Origin: a virus
Taxonomy: Duplodnaviria > Heunggongvirae > Uroviricota > Caudoviricetes
Virus record (IMG/VR): IMGVR_UViG_2529292883_000004
Span: 1 to 37,784 of that record
Reading direction: 5' to 3' (one strand)
DNA length: 37,784 bases
The notes under the pieces are model-generated. The model did no database searches, was not told where the DNA came from, and was given only the letters and a program-made list of their open reading frames with translations. This document shows positions 28,271-37,345 of this stretch, piece after piece. Position numbers and translations under genes: made by a program. The first letter of the stretch is position 1. Each line of letters begins with the position of its first letter.

Positions 28271-28654
28271 TCAGCGCTTCAGCTGGAAATGTGGTCCGTC
28301 TTTCAGTGTTTTCCAGTCCCCGCCCCATTCGATGGCGATTCCCAGCTCTGCACCAGCCAGCTTAAATGCCTGTGCGATTTTCTCGTACAGAGGCCAGTCC
28401 CATGACACCTGGCTGCCAACGTAGGCCACAACATCCACTGCATCACCGGTCAGGTGACGGCTGTTCATGGTCTGACTTTTTCCTTCCGCGACCAGTTGTT
28501 TCTGGCGCTCTTTCGTGCGCAGACCTTCCGTAATACCAAAATCAACCTCCGTCAGTTCAAGGGCACGGCGAACTACAGCAACCAGCTGTGGTTTAACACC
28601 CTCCAGATTTTTCTCGCTCCGGCGGCTGAATCTGAATTTACCCGACATATTCAC
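28271..28654 (-). CDS. Endolysin, peptidase M15 family (L-alanyl-D-glutamate peptidase-like)
   Basis: 127 aa with an HxxxxxxD...DxxH pattern (SRHLTGDAVDV...WGGDWKTLKDGPHFQL) typical of M15/VanY-like phage endolysins. Confidence 0.75.
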   Translation of the reverse strand: MNMSGKFRFSRRSEKNLEGVKPQLVAVVRRALELTEVDFGITEGLRTKERQKQLVAEGKSQTMNSRHLTGDAVDVVAYVGSQVSWDWPLYEKIAQAFKLAGAELGIAIEWGGDWKTLKDGPHFQLKR

Positions 28655-28926
28655 CTCAACAATGGAAAGATTCTTGTGACGTTCCCGCGTGCGCGTATCA
28701 CCAGCACGCAGAACAGCAGATTAAAAAACACCTCCAGCCAGCCCGTTGCTAACGAGCGACCACACAGATAGCTGAGGGGGGCAAAGGCATACAGCAGCAT
28801 CAGCAGCCAGGCCAGCCATGACATCAGCGGTTTGTGCCTGGAGTCACGACGACGATAAAAAAAGAGCGTCAGCACGATAACCGTGCATAACGCCACATTC
28901 AGCAATCCGGGAAGGTTACTTAACAT
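28651..28926 (-). CDS. Holin/antiholin-like small membrane protein
   Basis: 91 aa with 2-3 hydrophobic helices, between the first holin-like gene and the endolysin. Confidence 0.55.
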   Translation of the reverse strand: MLSNLPGLLNVALCTVIVLTLFFYRRRDSRHKPLMSWLAWLLMLLYAFAPLSYLCGRSLATGWLEVFFNLLFCVLVIRARGNVTRIFPLLR

Positions 28927-29308
28927 TGCCGCCTCCTCCGCCCCGCAGGCGCGAGAACAGACCAGACACCAGTGATGCGATATCCTGCTGGTGGATGAAT
29001 GACATAATCTTTACCGACACCAGCGATACCAGCACCGCACACAATGCATCTGCAGACGTGCCGTCATAACCAGTTTTTGATGCCACCCAGGCTGAAAGCA
29101 AACGCGCACCCAGTACGCCGACGATAAATGACACAAGAAAATGTGCCGCCACCCGCCATGCTGAAAGCGCCTGCGGTATCGTTGCAACAAACAACGCCCC
29201 CGCAAATGCGCCAAACACAATCCCGAAATCCGTTCCGGTAAACAGCCCGAAAACAGTCGCCCCACCGAGCGCAGCAGCTGTGCCGGAACCGGATAAGGGT
29301 TCAGACAT
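28916..29308 (-). CDS. Holin-like membrane protein (first gene of the lysis cassette)
   Basis: Start chosen at the ATG at 29308 (MSEPLSGSG...) with an AGGAG RBS 7 nt upstream. Gly/Ala-rich transmembrane helices. Confidence 0.6.
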   Translation of the reverse strand: MSEPLSGSGTAAALGGATVFGLFTGTDFGIVFGAFAGALFVATIPQALSAWRVAAHFLVSFIVGVLGARLLSAWVASKTGYDGTSADALCAVLVSLVSVKIMSFIHQQDIASLVSGLFSRLRGGGGGNVK

Positions 29309-29348
29309 ACTTTTTCTCCTGTAAATTAAAAAAGGCCACCAGCGGACC

Positions 29349-29395
29349 AAAAAAAACACCACACCAAAGACATCCGCAGATGCCTTTGTGTGGTG
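29349..29395 (-). terminator. Strong rho-independent terminator immediately upstream of the lysis cassette
   Basis: Minus strand caccacacaaag-(loop)-ctttggtgtggtg with a 12-bp stem followed by T8. Confidence 0.65.
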
Positions 29396-29459
29396 TTATT
29401 CAGATTTGATATGTATGGGACGTGGAGCGAATACAAAAAAGCCCGTCAGAACAGGCCTC

Positions 29460-29488
29460 AAAAAAAAGCCAGCTCTGGGGAGGCTGGC
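29460..29488 (-). terminator. Rho-independent terminator
   Basis: Minus strand gccagc-ctccccagag-ctggc followed by T8. Confidence 0.55.
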
Positions 29489-30111
29489 AGGAATGAAAAA
29501 TGACTCTCGAGATTATTCATCACAAAACGGATTACTTTGCGCTGAACAGAATGCTCCTTCATCGTATATTTCTCAACTGGAGAGACTCATTTTCAGATTT
29601 TGTTATCTGTCATATTGACAGTCCCCACTTCTCCGGGGTAGTGAAGTAAGTAGCGTTTGCTTCCTGTAAATGCCCGAGGGTTATCCATGATCTCTTGTAT
29701 AAGGCATTCCTCAGTGGACTAATTTCGGAGTTATCATCCCGTTCAATTTCATCCAGGATCCCCTACTAAATAAGTTCACCATTCTTCAGGTGGCAGTTTC
29801 TTTCAGCCAACCGTGCACTCAACAGCACATTCTTGTCGGACTCAGAATAACTCCTGCAAATGCAACAATGATGGCCGTCGCCCCAATAACCTTGTGCTGC
29901 CCGCATCCGTAAAAAGCGAAGGCCCCAAATTACCAGAATAAAACCGAGCAGATATCCGACCTTCGTTACCGCATGGACTTCATTGTCTCATACACCAGGA
30001 TCAGCGAATTGCAAAGGATGAAGCACGCCCCATGAAGATTCTCCCAAAAACTATAATTGTAAAAACCAAAGTAGTGGAAGCGAGCACTTGTAACCCCGAA
30101 CTTTGAATAAA

Positions 30112-30131
30112 AAAAACCGCCTGGAGCGGCG
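30112..30131 (-). terminator. Rho-independent terminator downstream of the tRNA pair
   Basis: Minus strand accgcc-gctcca-ggcggt followed by T8. Confidence 0.55.
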
Positions 30132-30487
30132 GTTAATGGCATATAAAAACGCATGATTTAATTGTATTCAGAAGTGTCGGGTGCCACCCGAAGCATCCAG
30201 CCCCACAAGGATACTGTGGTTTCCCGCTAAACCGACTCTTTAAACCACCCTCGCACTGAGGAACACCTCTGTAGTGTTTTTACAACACCGGGATAGTGCA
30301 TCATCAGCCCTGCCAGGAAATACTAAATCTCCACCGATAATGCACCATTCCATTGTTGTAAAAAATCAGCACTGAGGCTATAACCGACCTCAAACCATAG
30401 CCTGAGGACCAAAGATGTATTAAAACAACCTGCCCCCACGTAAAAAAACACGCCAGTGCTGTATAATTCGTGTTGCCAGAATAATGA

Positions 30488-30562
<75 letters not shown>

Positions 30563-30565
30563 ATA

Positions 30566-30641
<76 letters not shown>

Positions 30642-30806
30642 ATTGGTTCCTCAGGTGTGGATGAGATGCCCGGATACATAAATTACCCTCCCTTGGAACC
30701 GACGAAGAATAATAATGAATTCCGCTCCTGTTTCAATACAAACAATGTCAGGTATTTAAAACATAATTATACAATATTATAAAAATTAAAAAGTTCGCAA
30801 AAAAAG

Positions 30807-31853
30807 TTAACTATTATTTCTTATTTCATCAACCGTTTGATTAAACCTGTCCGTTTCCAGCTCTACACCAATAGCTCTACGTTCCAGAGAGAGCGCAGCC
30901 TTTATAGTCGCCCCCGATCCCATAAAAAAGTCTGCAACCAGTTCCCCCGGACGACTGCTGGCTGTAATTATCTGCCGCAACATATCTGCTGGCTTCTCAC
31001 ACGGATGTTTACCCGGATAATACTGCACAGGTTTGTGCGTCCAGACATCCGTATAAGGAACGGCAGCTGATACGGAAAAATAACGCCGCAAAGATTTATA
31101 CTCTTCCAGCAGGCTGACATATTGCCGGTTCAGTTCGCTGTATGTGCTGACCAGATGGTGGTGTGGCTTTTCCAGTTCTCCGCGTTGATGTTTTTCTGCT
31201 GCAACACGCACAAACAACGCCTGAAGCTTTCTGTAATCAGCTTCGTTCGGTAACTGCCACTGGCTGGCACCAAACCAGTGCGAAGCCATGTTTTTCTTTC
31301 CGGTAGCTTCCGCTATCTGTTTCGGCGTTATTCCCAGTGATTCACGCGCATCACGAAAGTAAGAAATCAGCGGGGCCATGACATGCTGTTTTAGCTCGCG
31401 CCCCTTTGCCGCATAGCCGTCATTTTTGGGCTGGTATGGCCCCTGATAATGTTCTGCAAACAGAATGCGTTCTGTTGCAGGGAAATACGCCCGCAGGCTT
31501 TCCTTGTTGCATCCGTTCCAGCGTCCGGACGGCTTCGCCCAGATAATGTGGTTCAGCACATTAAAGCGTTCACGCATCATGATTTCGATATCAGATGCCA
31601 GACGATGACCACAGAACAGGTAGAGACTTCCGGCAGGTTTCAGTACCCGCCAGAATTGCGTCAGACACTGATCCAGCCATTTCAGGTAATCATCGTCGCC
31701 CTTCCACTGGTTATCCCAGCCCTGGGGCTTCACTTTAAAGTATGGCGGGTCTGTGACTATCAGATCGACAGAATTTTCCGGTAAGGTCTGGATAAATTCC
31801 AGGCAATCAGCGTTGATTAACTCACAACTGGATATTTTTACAGTATTAGCCAT
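30807..31853 (-). CDS. Orphan DNA N6-adenine methyltransferase (beta-class, DPPY motif first)
   Basis: 348 aa. Motif IV (LIVTDPPYF) is near the N-terminus and an FxGxG SAM-binding motif (ADFFMGSGAT) near the C-terminus. No adjacent restriction endonuclease gene. Confidence 0.8.
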   Translation of the reverse strand: MANTVKISSCELINADCLEFIQTLPENSVDLIVTDPPYFKVKPQGWDNQWKGDDDYLKWLDQCLTQFWRVLKPAGSLYLFCGHRLASDIEIMMRERFNVLNHIIWAKPSGRWNGCNKESLRAYFPATERILFAEHYQGPYQPKNDGYAAKGRELKQHVMAPLISYFRDARESLGITPKQIAEATGKKNMASHWFGASQWQLPNEADYRKLQALFVRVAAEKHQRGELEKPHHHLVSTYSELNRQYVSLLEEYKSLRRYFSVSAAVPYTDVWTHKPVQYYPGKHPCEKPADMLRQIITASSRPGELVADFFMGSGATIKAALSLERRAIGVELETDRFNQTVDEIRNNS

Positions 31854-32003
31854 AGATCAATAAGCACTTCTCTGATAGGCTCATACCGCTTTTGCGCAAA
31901 GCAGATGGGCCTGAGGTTTGCTTGTGACCCCAACGCATGAGCAGATGGCTGGCAGGTGCCGCTAACACCCACCAGCCGCCCATTACCACAAATAAAAAAG
32001 CCT

Positions 32004-32201
32004 TCACTGCGGAAGGCGTCTGTAACAACCGAACTGATAATCTGCCAGGCCCGCCATAACAAGCTGGGTCAGTATTAACTGGCAGCGCTCGCGTGAAAGG
32101 TAAGTATTCTGCGCAATCTCCCCGACGGTCGCCGGTTCGGTGACGCTTAATTCATTAAACACCACTCTGGCGGTTTCGGTCATATCCTGCTGTTTTAGCA
32201 T
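32004..32201 (-). CDS. Small winged-helix-like DNA-binding protein (hypothetical)
   Basis: Start chosen at the ATG at 32201 (MLKQQDMTETARVVFNELS...) with an AAGGGA RBS; about 65 aa. The VGEIAQNTYLSRERCQLILTQLVMAGL segment looks like an HTH. Confidence 0.45.
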   Translation of the reverse strand: MLKQQDMTETARVVFNELSVTEPATVGEIAQNTYLSRERCQLILTQLVMAGLADYQFGCYRRLPQ

Positions 32202-32424
32202 GTCTTTTTCCCTTTTCTGGTTAACGTGACATACCAATAACTCTTGTCAAAAAAGCCAGCAAGCTGAAAGGCCGATATTCGCAACCACCAGCGCGTTTAA
32301 CGTCCTGTGTCGCTTTTGGGGCACAAAAAACCCCCTAGGCGGCGGGTTTAAGCTGTGTGGCGTAGTAACCATTCTTAACAGGATATTCAACTTTTTACGA
32401 TCGTAAAGCGTTCAGGAAAAATTT

Positions 32425-32988
32425 TTAAAGCCGCATCAGTCGTTCCAGCAGCTGCTCTTTACGGGCAACGATCCAGCCGCGTTGTTCCAGATAAAATTTG
32501 AACCGTTCCAGAGTGCATACCATCGCATCGGCGGGTACTTTTTCCGTGAAGTCGACCTGACCGTGTTTATCAAAGTGGATCAGTAATGCGCATCCATCAT
32601 TTTCGGTGGGGGAGTTTTGTGTTGCTGGTGGCTGTTTCTGGCTGAAATAACAGTCTTCCAGTTTTTCGAACACATCCCACGCCTGATCGGTTTCCAGCAT
32701 TTTGGCATGACGGGCTGCTCCGCGTTCTGTCCAGAGGATGAGGGAGCGGGCTTTGGGAGAGATGGGATTTTGTGAGTAGTTTAAAGCTACCCGCAATTCT
32801 TTAAGGTCATTACCAACAACTTTGAAAAAGTGTTTCCCTTCAACGAAGCGTACTTTGTTCTCATGATGATTCTGGCGAATACGCACCGGCTCAGTGCGGT
32901 AAAGCTGCGCCAAAAGTTCGGTGGTAATAACAGGAATCTGGTTATGGGTGATCGGGGAGAGAGTTTCAACAGAAATTTGAGTTGTCAT
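32425..32988 (-). CDS. ORF6N-domain protein (antirepressor-like), first gene after the late promoter
   Basis: 187 aa; C-terminal half nearly identical to ORF 1..561, N-terminal middle divergent. Preceded by cagagggtgtcattATG. Confidence 0.6.
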   Translation of the reverse strand: MTTQISVETLSPITHNQIPVITTELLAQLYRTEPVRIRQNHHENKVRFVEGKHFFKVVGNDLKELRVALNYSQNPISPKARSLILWTERGAARHAKMLETDQAWDVFEKLEDCYFSQKQPPATQNSPTENDGCALLIHFDKHGQVDFTEKVPADAMVCTLERFKFYLEQRGWIVARKEQLLERLMRL

Positions 32989-33146
32989 AATGACACCCTC
33001 TGATGGTTTCTTAATAACTCACCACCGACGACGCCAATCGTCTGGTGGTGAACTGTGCAGGGTTGGCGTAACCGGGAAACCGACCGGCGCGGATCTCTCC
33101 GCCCCCACACAGCCCACCATAATTCAGATGTGCGCGTGCATACGAC

Positions 33147-33172
33147 AATAAAAAACACGCTCGCGGCGTGTA
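33147..33172 (-). terminator. tR'-like rho-independent terminator just downstream of the late promoter
   Basis: Minus strand acacgc-cgcga-gcgtgt followed by tttttatt, about 60-70 nt downstream of the candidate pR'. Confidence 0.55.
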
Positions 33173-33231
33173 TCTGTCGCGGTCTCTATCCAGGACGCCA
33201 ATCCCGACGCCAGATTTTGCTGGCGCGTGAG

Positions 33232-33262
33232 GAATATAGCCCCGGACAATGTGTCTGGTCAA
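33232..33262 (-). promoter_or_regulatory. Candidate late promoter pR' (with presumed Q-utilisation region) directly after Q
   Basis: Minus strand TTGACC (plus 33257..33262), 18-19 nt spacer, TATATT (plus 33232..33237), beginning 5 nt after the Q stop codon. Confidence 0.45.
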
Positions 33263-33266
33263 GCGC

Positions 33267-33662
33267 CTACATAATTCGTTCTACGTATCGGTCCATCTCC
33301 AGTCGGATATCAAGCATCATCAACATGCCATCAATAACCCCTTCCGCTTTCTGCAGGCGCTTGCCAATACAGGTATCCGAACACCCATGCTTTCGTGCCA
33401 ACCCCATAAAAGTCATTCCACCTACGTAATAATCCACCAACAAATCGTGCAAATCCTGATTTTTCTTGTTCAACCGGGCCATACAGCCACAAATTATCAT
33501 TGCATCATCATCAGAACACTGAGGGCGTGATTTCACTTTCGGCGGGATTAATCCTTTAAAACCAGCAGCGATTGACGCCCATGACACATCTTCGTGATTG
33601 TTTGCAGCCCATGCTCCCCACCGCTCCATAACCTGCTGAATATCACGCGCCATCGTTATCAC
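33267..33662 (-). CDS. Late-gene antitermination protein Q (phage 82 / QuuD-like family)
   Basis: 131 aa; [26 protein letters not shown]...[17 protein letters not shown]...[11 protein letters not shown] resembles 82-type Q as recalled. Followed by a promoter-terminator pair. Confidence 0.85.
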   Translation of the reverse strand: MITMARDIQQVMERWGAWAANNHEDVSWASIAAGFKGLIPPKVKSRPQCSDDDAMIICGCMARLNKKNQDLHDLLVDYYVGGMTFMGLARKHGCSDTCIGKRLQKAEGVIDGMLMMLDIRLEMDRYVERIM

Positions 33663-34020
33663 CTGTAATTTCGTAAATCTTCACACCCAACCGGCCACCA
33701 GGAACAAGCTGACCGCGCACAATATTGATTTCATCAAACTGCTCGTCGTCTATGAGTAGTCCGGCATGCGTCAGCGCATCCAGTGGTGCTTTCAGGATAT
33801 TGTCCAGGTCACGACGGCGCTTATCCGGTGGCTCTGCAATAATCTTTATCGCCAGCCTTCCGGACAGGTTTAATTTCAACCGCTGCTGGCGAACAATTAG
33901 CGCCACATCACGGCGATAACGCTTTCCGGCCTCCGAGATGAAATACGTATTGCCATGACGTCGCCAGTAGGTATTCACCGTCGGCGGGTAAGGCAAAACA
34001 AATTCTATGCGTTCAGTCAT
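33643..34020 (-). CDS. rusA: Holliday junction resolvase RusA
   Basis: 125 aa; motifs [12 protein letters not shown] and [29 protein letters not shown] match the RusA family. Immediately upstream of Q, as in lambdoid nin regions. Confidence 0.85.
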   Translation of the reverse strand: MTERIEFVLPYPPTVNTYWRRHGNTYFISEAGKRYRRDVALIVRQQRLKLNLSGRLAIKIIAEPPDKRRRDLDNILKAPLDALTHAGLLIDDEQFDEINIVRGQLVPGGRLGVKIYEITGDNDGA

Positions 34021-34061
34021 TCATGCTTTCCACTTCAGGACACCCGAATTTCTCGCGTGCA

Positions 34062-35075
34062 TTAAAAAACGATCAGCAACAACAGCTGGCTGCCGTGTTT
34101 TTCTTCAAAATCTTTTACCCCGACGTGCAGTTCGTTATGACATTTACGGCACAGCGGAATAACAAACAAATCATCAGCCTTTGTTCCCATCCCTCCCAGT
34201 CCATGACCAATGATGTGATGCGGATCATCTGCCTGATTACCGCACGTCATGCATTTCTGTGTTTTTACCCAGCGCGTGTATACAGGCATCTCTTCCCGTT
34301 GTGGTTTCTGGCGCTGGAGATACTGAGCCGGTGACTCCGGATCAACGGCAATGCTGACCACCGTCTTTTCCTGTGGCGGGTTTTGCTGGTGGGCGTGAGG
34401 CAGCGGCGCAAGATTTTTTGTGCGCTGCTTCAGTATGCTGGTGGCGGTCTGCTCTCCCGGTACGATGTCGCTTTCACGGTACATTGAGCGGATTTTTTCC
34501 GCACGCAACCCCAGCGAACGACGTAATACCGCTTCCGGTAGCGCGTCCGCCACCTGATTGCGGACCGCCCACCAGGATAATTCAGCCAGAGATAATTCAC
34601 GCTCCTGCGTACCGCTTATTGCGTGACCGATGACGTCAATCATCCATGCTGCCAGGTTTTGATGAGCAAGTTGCTCTAGTGATTCGGCTGTCTGGTCACG
34701 CAACTGGTTGTCGCAGTGCCAACACAACACCATTGCGCCGGTACCATAACGGTGAATGACGGTTTCGCTGTGATGATAATCGCCGTGTGGCCACTGGCAG
34801 GATTTAATATGGCGCAACAGCCAGTCAGACAATGCACCAGCACCACCAGCAGCACGAATCACCCGTGCGTTACTGAAAAACGGCAGCAATGTTTTGTCTT
34901 CCACCAACGGCTGGCGAACGGCAGGCACGACCCCGGACGGCAGACTGCGCATGCTTTTTGGTTCCGGCTCCACCAGCACCCGGGGATTGTGAAATACCTG
35001 CATGGATTCACGACCTGGCTTAAGGACCACCAGCCCGAGTTCCGGTACCAGAACCGGTCGAAGTAATACCCGCAC
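34062..35075 (-). CDS. DUF968-like protein with C-terminal Cys/His cluster (YdfU-like, nin-region)
   Basis: Start chosen at the GTG at 35075 with a GGAGG RBS; the ORF-track N-terminal 42 aa look like out-of-frame junk. C-terminus CMTCGN...HHIIGHGLGGMGTKADD...PLCRKCHNELH. Family recalled from memory. Confidence 0.6.
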   Translation of the reverse strand: MRVLLRPVLVPELGLVVLKPGRESMQVFHNPRVLVEPEPKSMRSLPSGVVPAVRQPLVEDKTLLPFFSNARVIRAAGGAGALSDWLLRHIKSCQWPHGDYHHSETVIHRYGTGAMVLCWHCDNQLRDQTAESLEQLAHQNLAAWMIDVIGHAISGTQERELSLAELSWWAVRNQVADALPEAVLRRSLGLRAEKIRSMYRESDIVPGEQTATSILKQRTKNLAPLPHAHQQNPPQEKTVVSIAVDPESPAQYLQRQKPQREEMPVYTRWVKTQKCMTCGNQADDPHHIIGHGLGGMGTKADDLFVIPLCRKCHNELHVGVKDFEEKHGSQLLLLIVF

Positions 35076-35076
35076 G

Positions 35077-35355
35077 TTACCTCCAGATCCGTTGCTGGAA
35101 TGTGCGGGACGGACGCGGTGGGCGTTCAGAGTAAGGCAGTCTGACTGAGATGATCCAGTGTCGGAAGTCGAGGCTGAGGTCTTTCTGAAACTCGTAACCA
35201 CGTCTGCGGTAGTTCTGAATCAGCCATTCGGCCTGTTCTTCAGTGCATGGATCATGCTGGAACCAGTCAGATTTGAATGCATGAGAACGCCGCCCGCGCC
35301 TGCTGGCAAGGACGGCGAGATTATCAGAATTGTGATGTTTGGTATTGTGCGCCAT
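35077..35355 (-). CDS. Hypothetical protein, translationally coupled to the DUF968 gene
   Basis: 92-aa ORF whose TAA stop lies within the RBS of the next gene. No family recognised. Confidence 0.4.
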   Translation of the reverse strand: MAHNTKHHNSDNLAVLASRRGRRSHAFKSDWFQHDPCTEEQAEWLIQNYRRRGYEFQKDLSLDFRHWIISVRLPYSERPPRPSRTFQQRIWR

Positions 35356-35426
35356 TGGTTTTCTCTGCTGGCGCAGCAGGTGTCAGGTGTTCAGGCTGAC
35401 GTGCGAATTGTAAACCAGGATGCTCA

Positions 35427-35454
35427 GAAAAAACAAAACCCGCCGAAGCGGGTT
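35427..35454 (-). terminator. Rho-independent terminator after the HTH/ImmA gene
   Basis: Minus strand aacccgc-ttcg-gcgggtt followed by ttttgtttttt, 5 nt after the stop codon. The 21-nt core aaaacccgccgaagcgggtta is identical to the copy at 37270..37290. Confidence 0.7.
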
Positions 35455-35458
35455 ATGC

Positions 35459-36580
35459 CTAGTGAATTTTGCCTCTAAGAGTTCGGTAAGATTGTAGTGA
35501 AACAACATCACCACTTCCTGGCAGTTCATGAACCGCAGGAAGATCATCTCCTACTAACTCATAAAAAATGTCCACTTCTATATCCATTTCATCAGCTATA
35601 CGCTGTGGGTCGTATCCTAACTCTTCAAATAAAAACGATAAAGCCCGACGGAATAACTCAGGACGCTCATGAGGGATTAGATAATCTTCTTTTTCATCAA
35701 TAGCTTCCCCTTTCCGTTTCAACCCCATAAATGCAGTTCTGTACTGCTCATCAGTCAAAAGTCCTAATTGATGAGCCCTGTAAACAATGGCAGCCTTACT
35801 TACTTTCCATGTCAACTTAAATTGGCTTAGTCCCTGCCAATTTATCCTCCCCCCCACAGGTCTTGGAAAATATTTCGCCATCGACGTTCTGGGAAGCAAC
35901 AGAGCAGAGGCAAAGCGGTTTGCCTGGGATTCAGTTAATCTATCCCCAGTAGAAATTCCTTCATGAAGAATCAAATGGGCAACCTCATGAGCAATATCAA
36001 AGCGTTGCCTACAAGGTGAATTTTTAGCTGTATTTCGAACAATAAAAGGCCTTCGTAGAGGAACAGACAGTGCATCTACTTCATCCGAAACGGAGTCAAA
36101 TGAAGTAACAAACGCCCCAAGTTTCTCGGCAAGGCGAGTCATATTTTCAATTGGGCCAAAGCCTAAGCCCCACTCAATACGACATTTTTCTGCCGCTCGC
36201 TCGATATCTTCTTGTGTATGGACACGAAATTCAGGAAATCGAACAGGTGACAAATTAAGGTTATCTTCAAATACATCAATAAAACGACGATAAAACTCAG
36301 CCTTAGCGAGTGTTGATAGCTTCGTTGACATCCTTGTCGAGGCGCGTTTACGAAAATGTACAATCTCTTCATTAACAGGAGAATGTTCCTGCCCTTCGAA
36401 AAAGGCGGGCTTCACGCGCAAAACCTCGGCTAATTTATTTATAAGCTCTGGGGATGGAGTAGCTGAACCAGACTCCAGTCGCTGTACATACTGGCGTGTT
36501 TTTTCAACCTTCTCAGCAACCTGCTCCAGAGATAGCTCGTGATACAGACGAGCAAGTCTTAAATTAGTACCGTTAAACAC
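35459..36580 (-). CDS. Fused HTH-XRE DNA-binding domain + ImmA/IrrE-family (COG2856-like) zinc metallopeptidase
   Basis: 373 aa. N-terminus LRLARLYHELSLEQVAEKVEKTRQYVQRLESG is a typical XRE HTH. Central HEVAHLILH is an HExxH zinc-peptidase motif in an ImmA/IrrE-like context. Probable GTG start. AT-rich. Confidence 0.75.
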   Translation of the reverse strand: MFNGTNLRLARLYHELSLEQVAEKVEKTRQYVQRLESGSATPSPELINKLAEVLRVKPAFFEGQEHSPVNEEIVHFRKRASTRMSTKLSTLAKAEFYRRFIDVFEDNLNLSPVRFPEFRVHTQEDIERAAEKCRIEWGLGFGPIENMTRLAEKLGAFVTSFDSVSDEVDALSVPLRRPFIVRNTAKNSPCRQRFDIAHEVAHLILHEGISTGDRLTESQANRFASALLLPRTSMAKYFPRPVGGRINWQGLSQFKLTWKVSKAAIVYRAHQLGLLTDEQYRTAFMGLKRKGEAIDEKEDYLIPHERPELFRRALSFLFEELGYDPQRIADEMDIEVDIFYELVGDDLPAVHELPGSGDVVSLQSYRTLRGKIH

Positions 36581-36590
36581 ATTTCACCCA

Positions 36591-37184
36591 CTATTTGCTA
36601 TTTTGTTTCTTTTCCTTCTCAGTCTTAGACGCACTGATAGGTTCTAGTTCGATAGGTACCGGTGCTGGAGGTACATCATCGACAGAGTTCAGCATAACAA
36701 CACGGTCCGCACCATATGTCCAAGTTGACACGATCTCACCAAACACGTTATAGCCATTAAAAATGACTCTACCACCCTCGCCTTCAAATTCAGGCTTTTC
36801 AACCACAAAGCGATGCATAGTTGGAGTGGTCTCCTCTGACTCAAAGAGTCGATCAGCATCATTTCTTTTGAAAAAACCGCGTTTCTTGGGGTTATCTGCG
36901 TCATCAGTAAAGAAACGAATAGGGACATTCCCAATTGAAAACGTAAGATCCATGCCAGGATTAAGTAGTCTTAACCAGTCATATGTCTTTCGTATGCACA
37001 TTTGTAGCAACGCCTGCCGCTGACGCCCAAATGTACAACCACCACGAGTGTAATTATCATCATAGGGCGATGACAATAACTCATGAGTAATATCCTGTAT
37101 CCTGAGCAACTCCTCAGCTATAATGGTTAAACGATCCTCTGTTAACTCAGGAAAGAACTCCCAAGGGAATGGATGGTTCTGCAT
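36591..37184 (-). CDS. Hypothetical protein (unknown function), first gene of the two-gene module
   Basis: Start chosen at the ATG at 37184 (MQNHPFPWEFFPEL...) with a GGAG RBS 8 nt upstream; 197 aa. Its stop is 10 nt before the HTH/ImmA start. No recognisable motif. AT-rich. Confidence 0.6.
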   Translation of the reverse strand: MQNHPFPWEFFPELTEDRLTIIAEELLRIQDITHELLSSPYDDNYTRGGCTFGRQRQALLQMCIRKTYDWLRLLNPGMDLTFSIGNVPIRFFTDDADNPKKRGFFKRNDADRLFESEETTPTMHRFVVEKPEFEGEGGRVIFNGYNVFGEIVSTWTYGADRVVMLNSVDDVPPAPVPIELEPISASKTEKEKKQNSK

Positions 37185-37227
37185 AGACACTTCTCCGCCT
37201 AATCCGTGCAAAAAACGACTTTTGTCA

Positions 37228-37264
37228 ACCAAGATATTGGTGCATATTCATAATTTTGTCAACC
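37228..37264 (-). promoter_or_regulatory. Candidate promoter/operator of the two-gene module
   Basis: Minus strand TTGACA, 17 nt spacer, CAATAT. Two direct copies of GGTTGACAA about 34 bp apart (plus ttgtcaacc at 37222..37230 and 37256..37264) are candidate operator half-sites. Confidence 0.4.
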
Positions 37265-37265
37265 A

Positions 37266-37289
37266 ATAAAAAACCCGCCGAAGCGGGTT
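37266..37289 (-). terminator. Rho-independent terminator insulating the module from upstream (IS-side) transcription
   Basis: Minus strand aacccgc-ttcg-gcgggtt followed by tttttt; same 21-nt core as the terminator at 35427..35454. Confidence 0.65.
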
Positions 37290-37345
37290 AAGTGCGGGTG
37301 CGTTGAGGATGCCTGACACATCAGAGGTGGCGAGGGATTTCTCCC

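Noticed and set aside
29388-29618. 76-aa plus-strand ORF, plus minus-strand ORFs at 29966..30154 and 30323..30520
   Set aside because: They lie in the terminator-rich non-coding stretch, lack an RBS, have junk-like composition, and one overlaps the tRNA-Gly gene.
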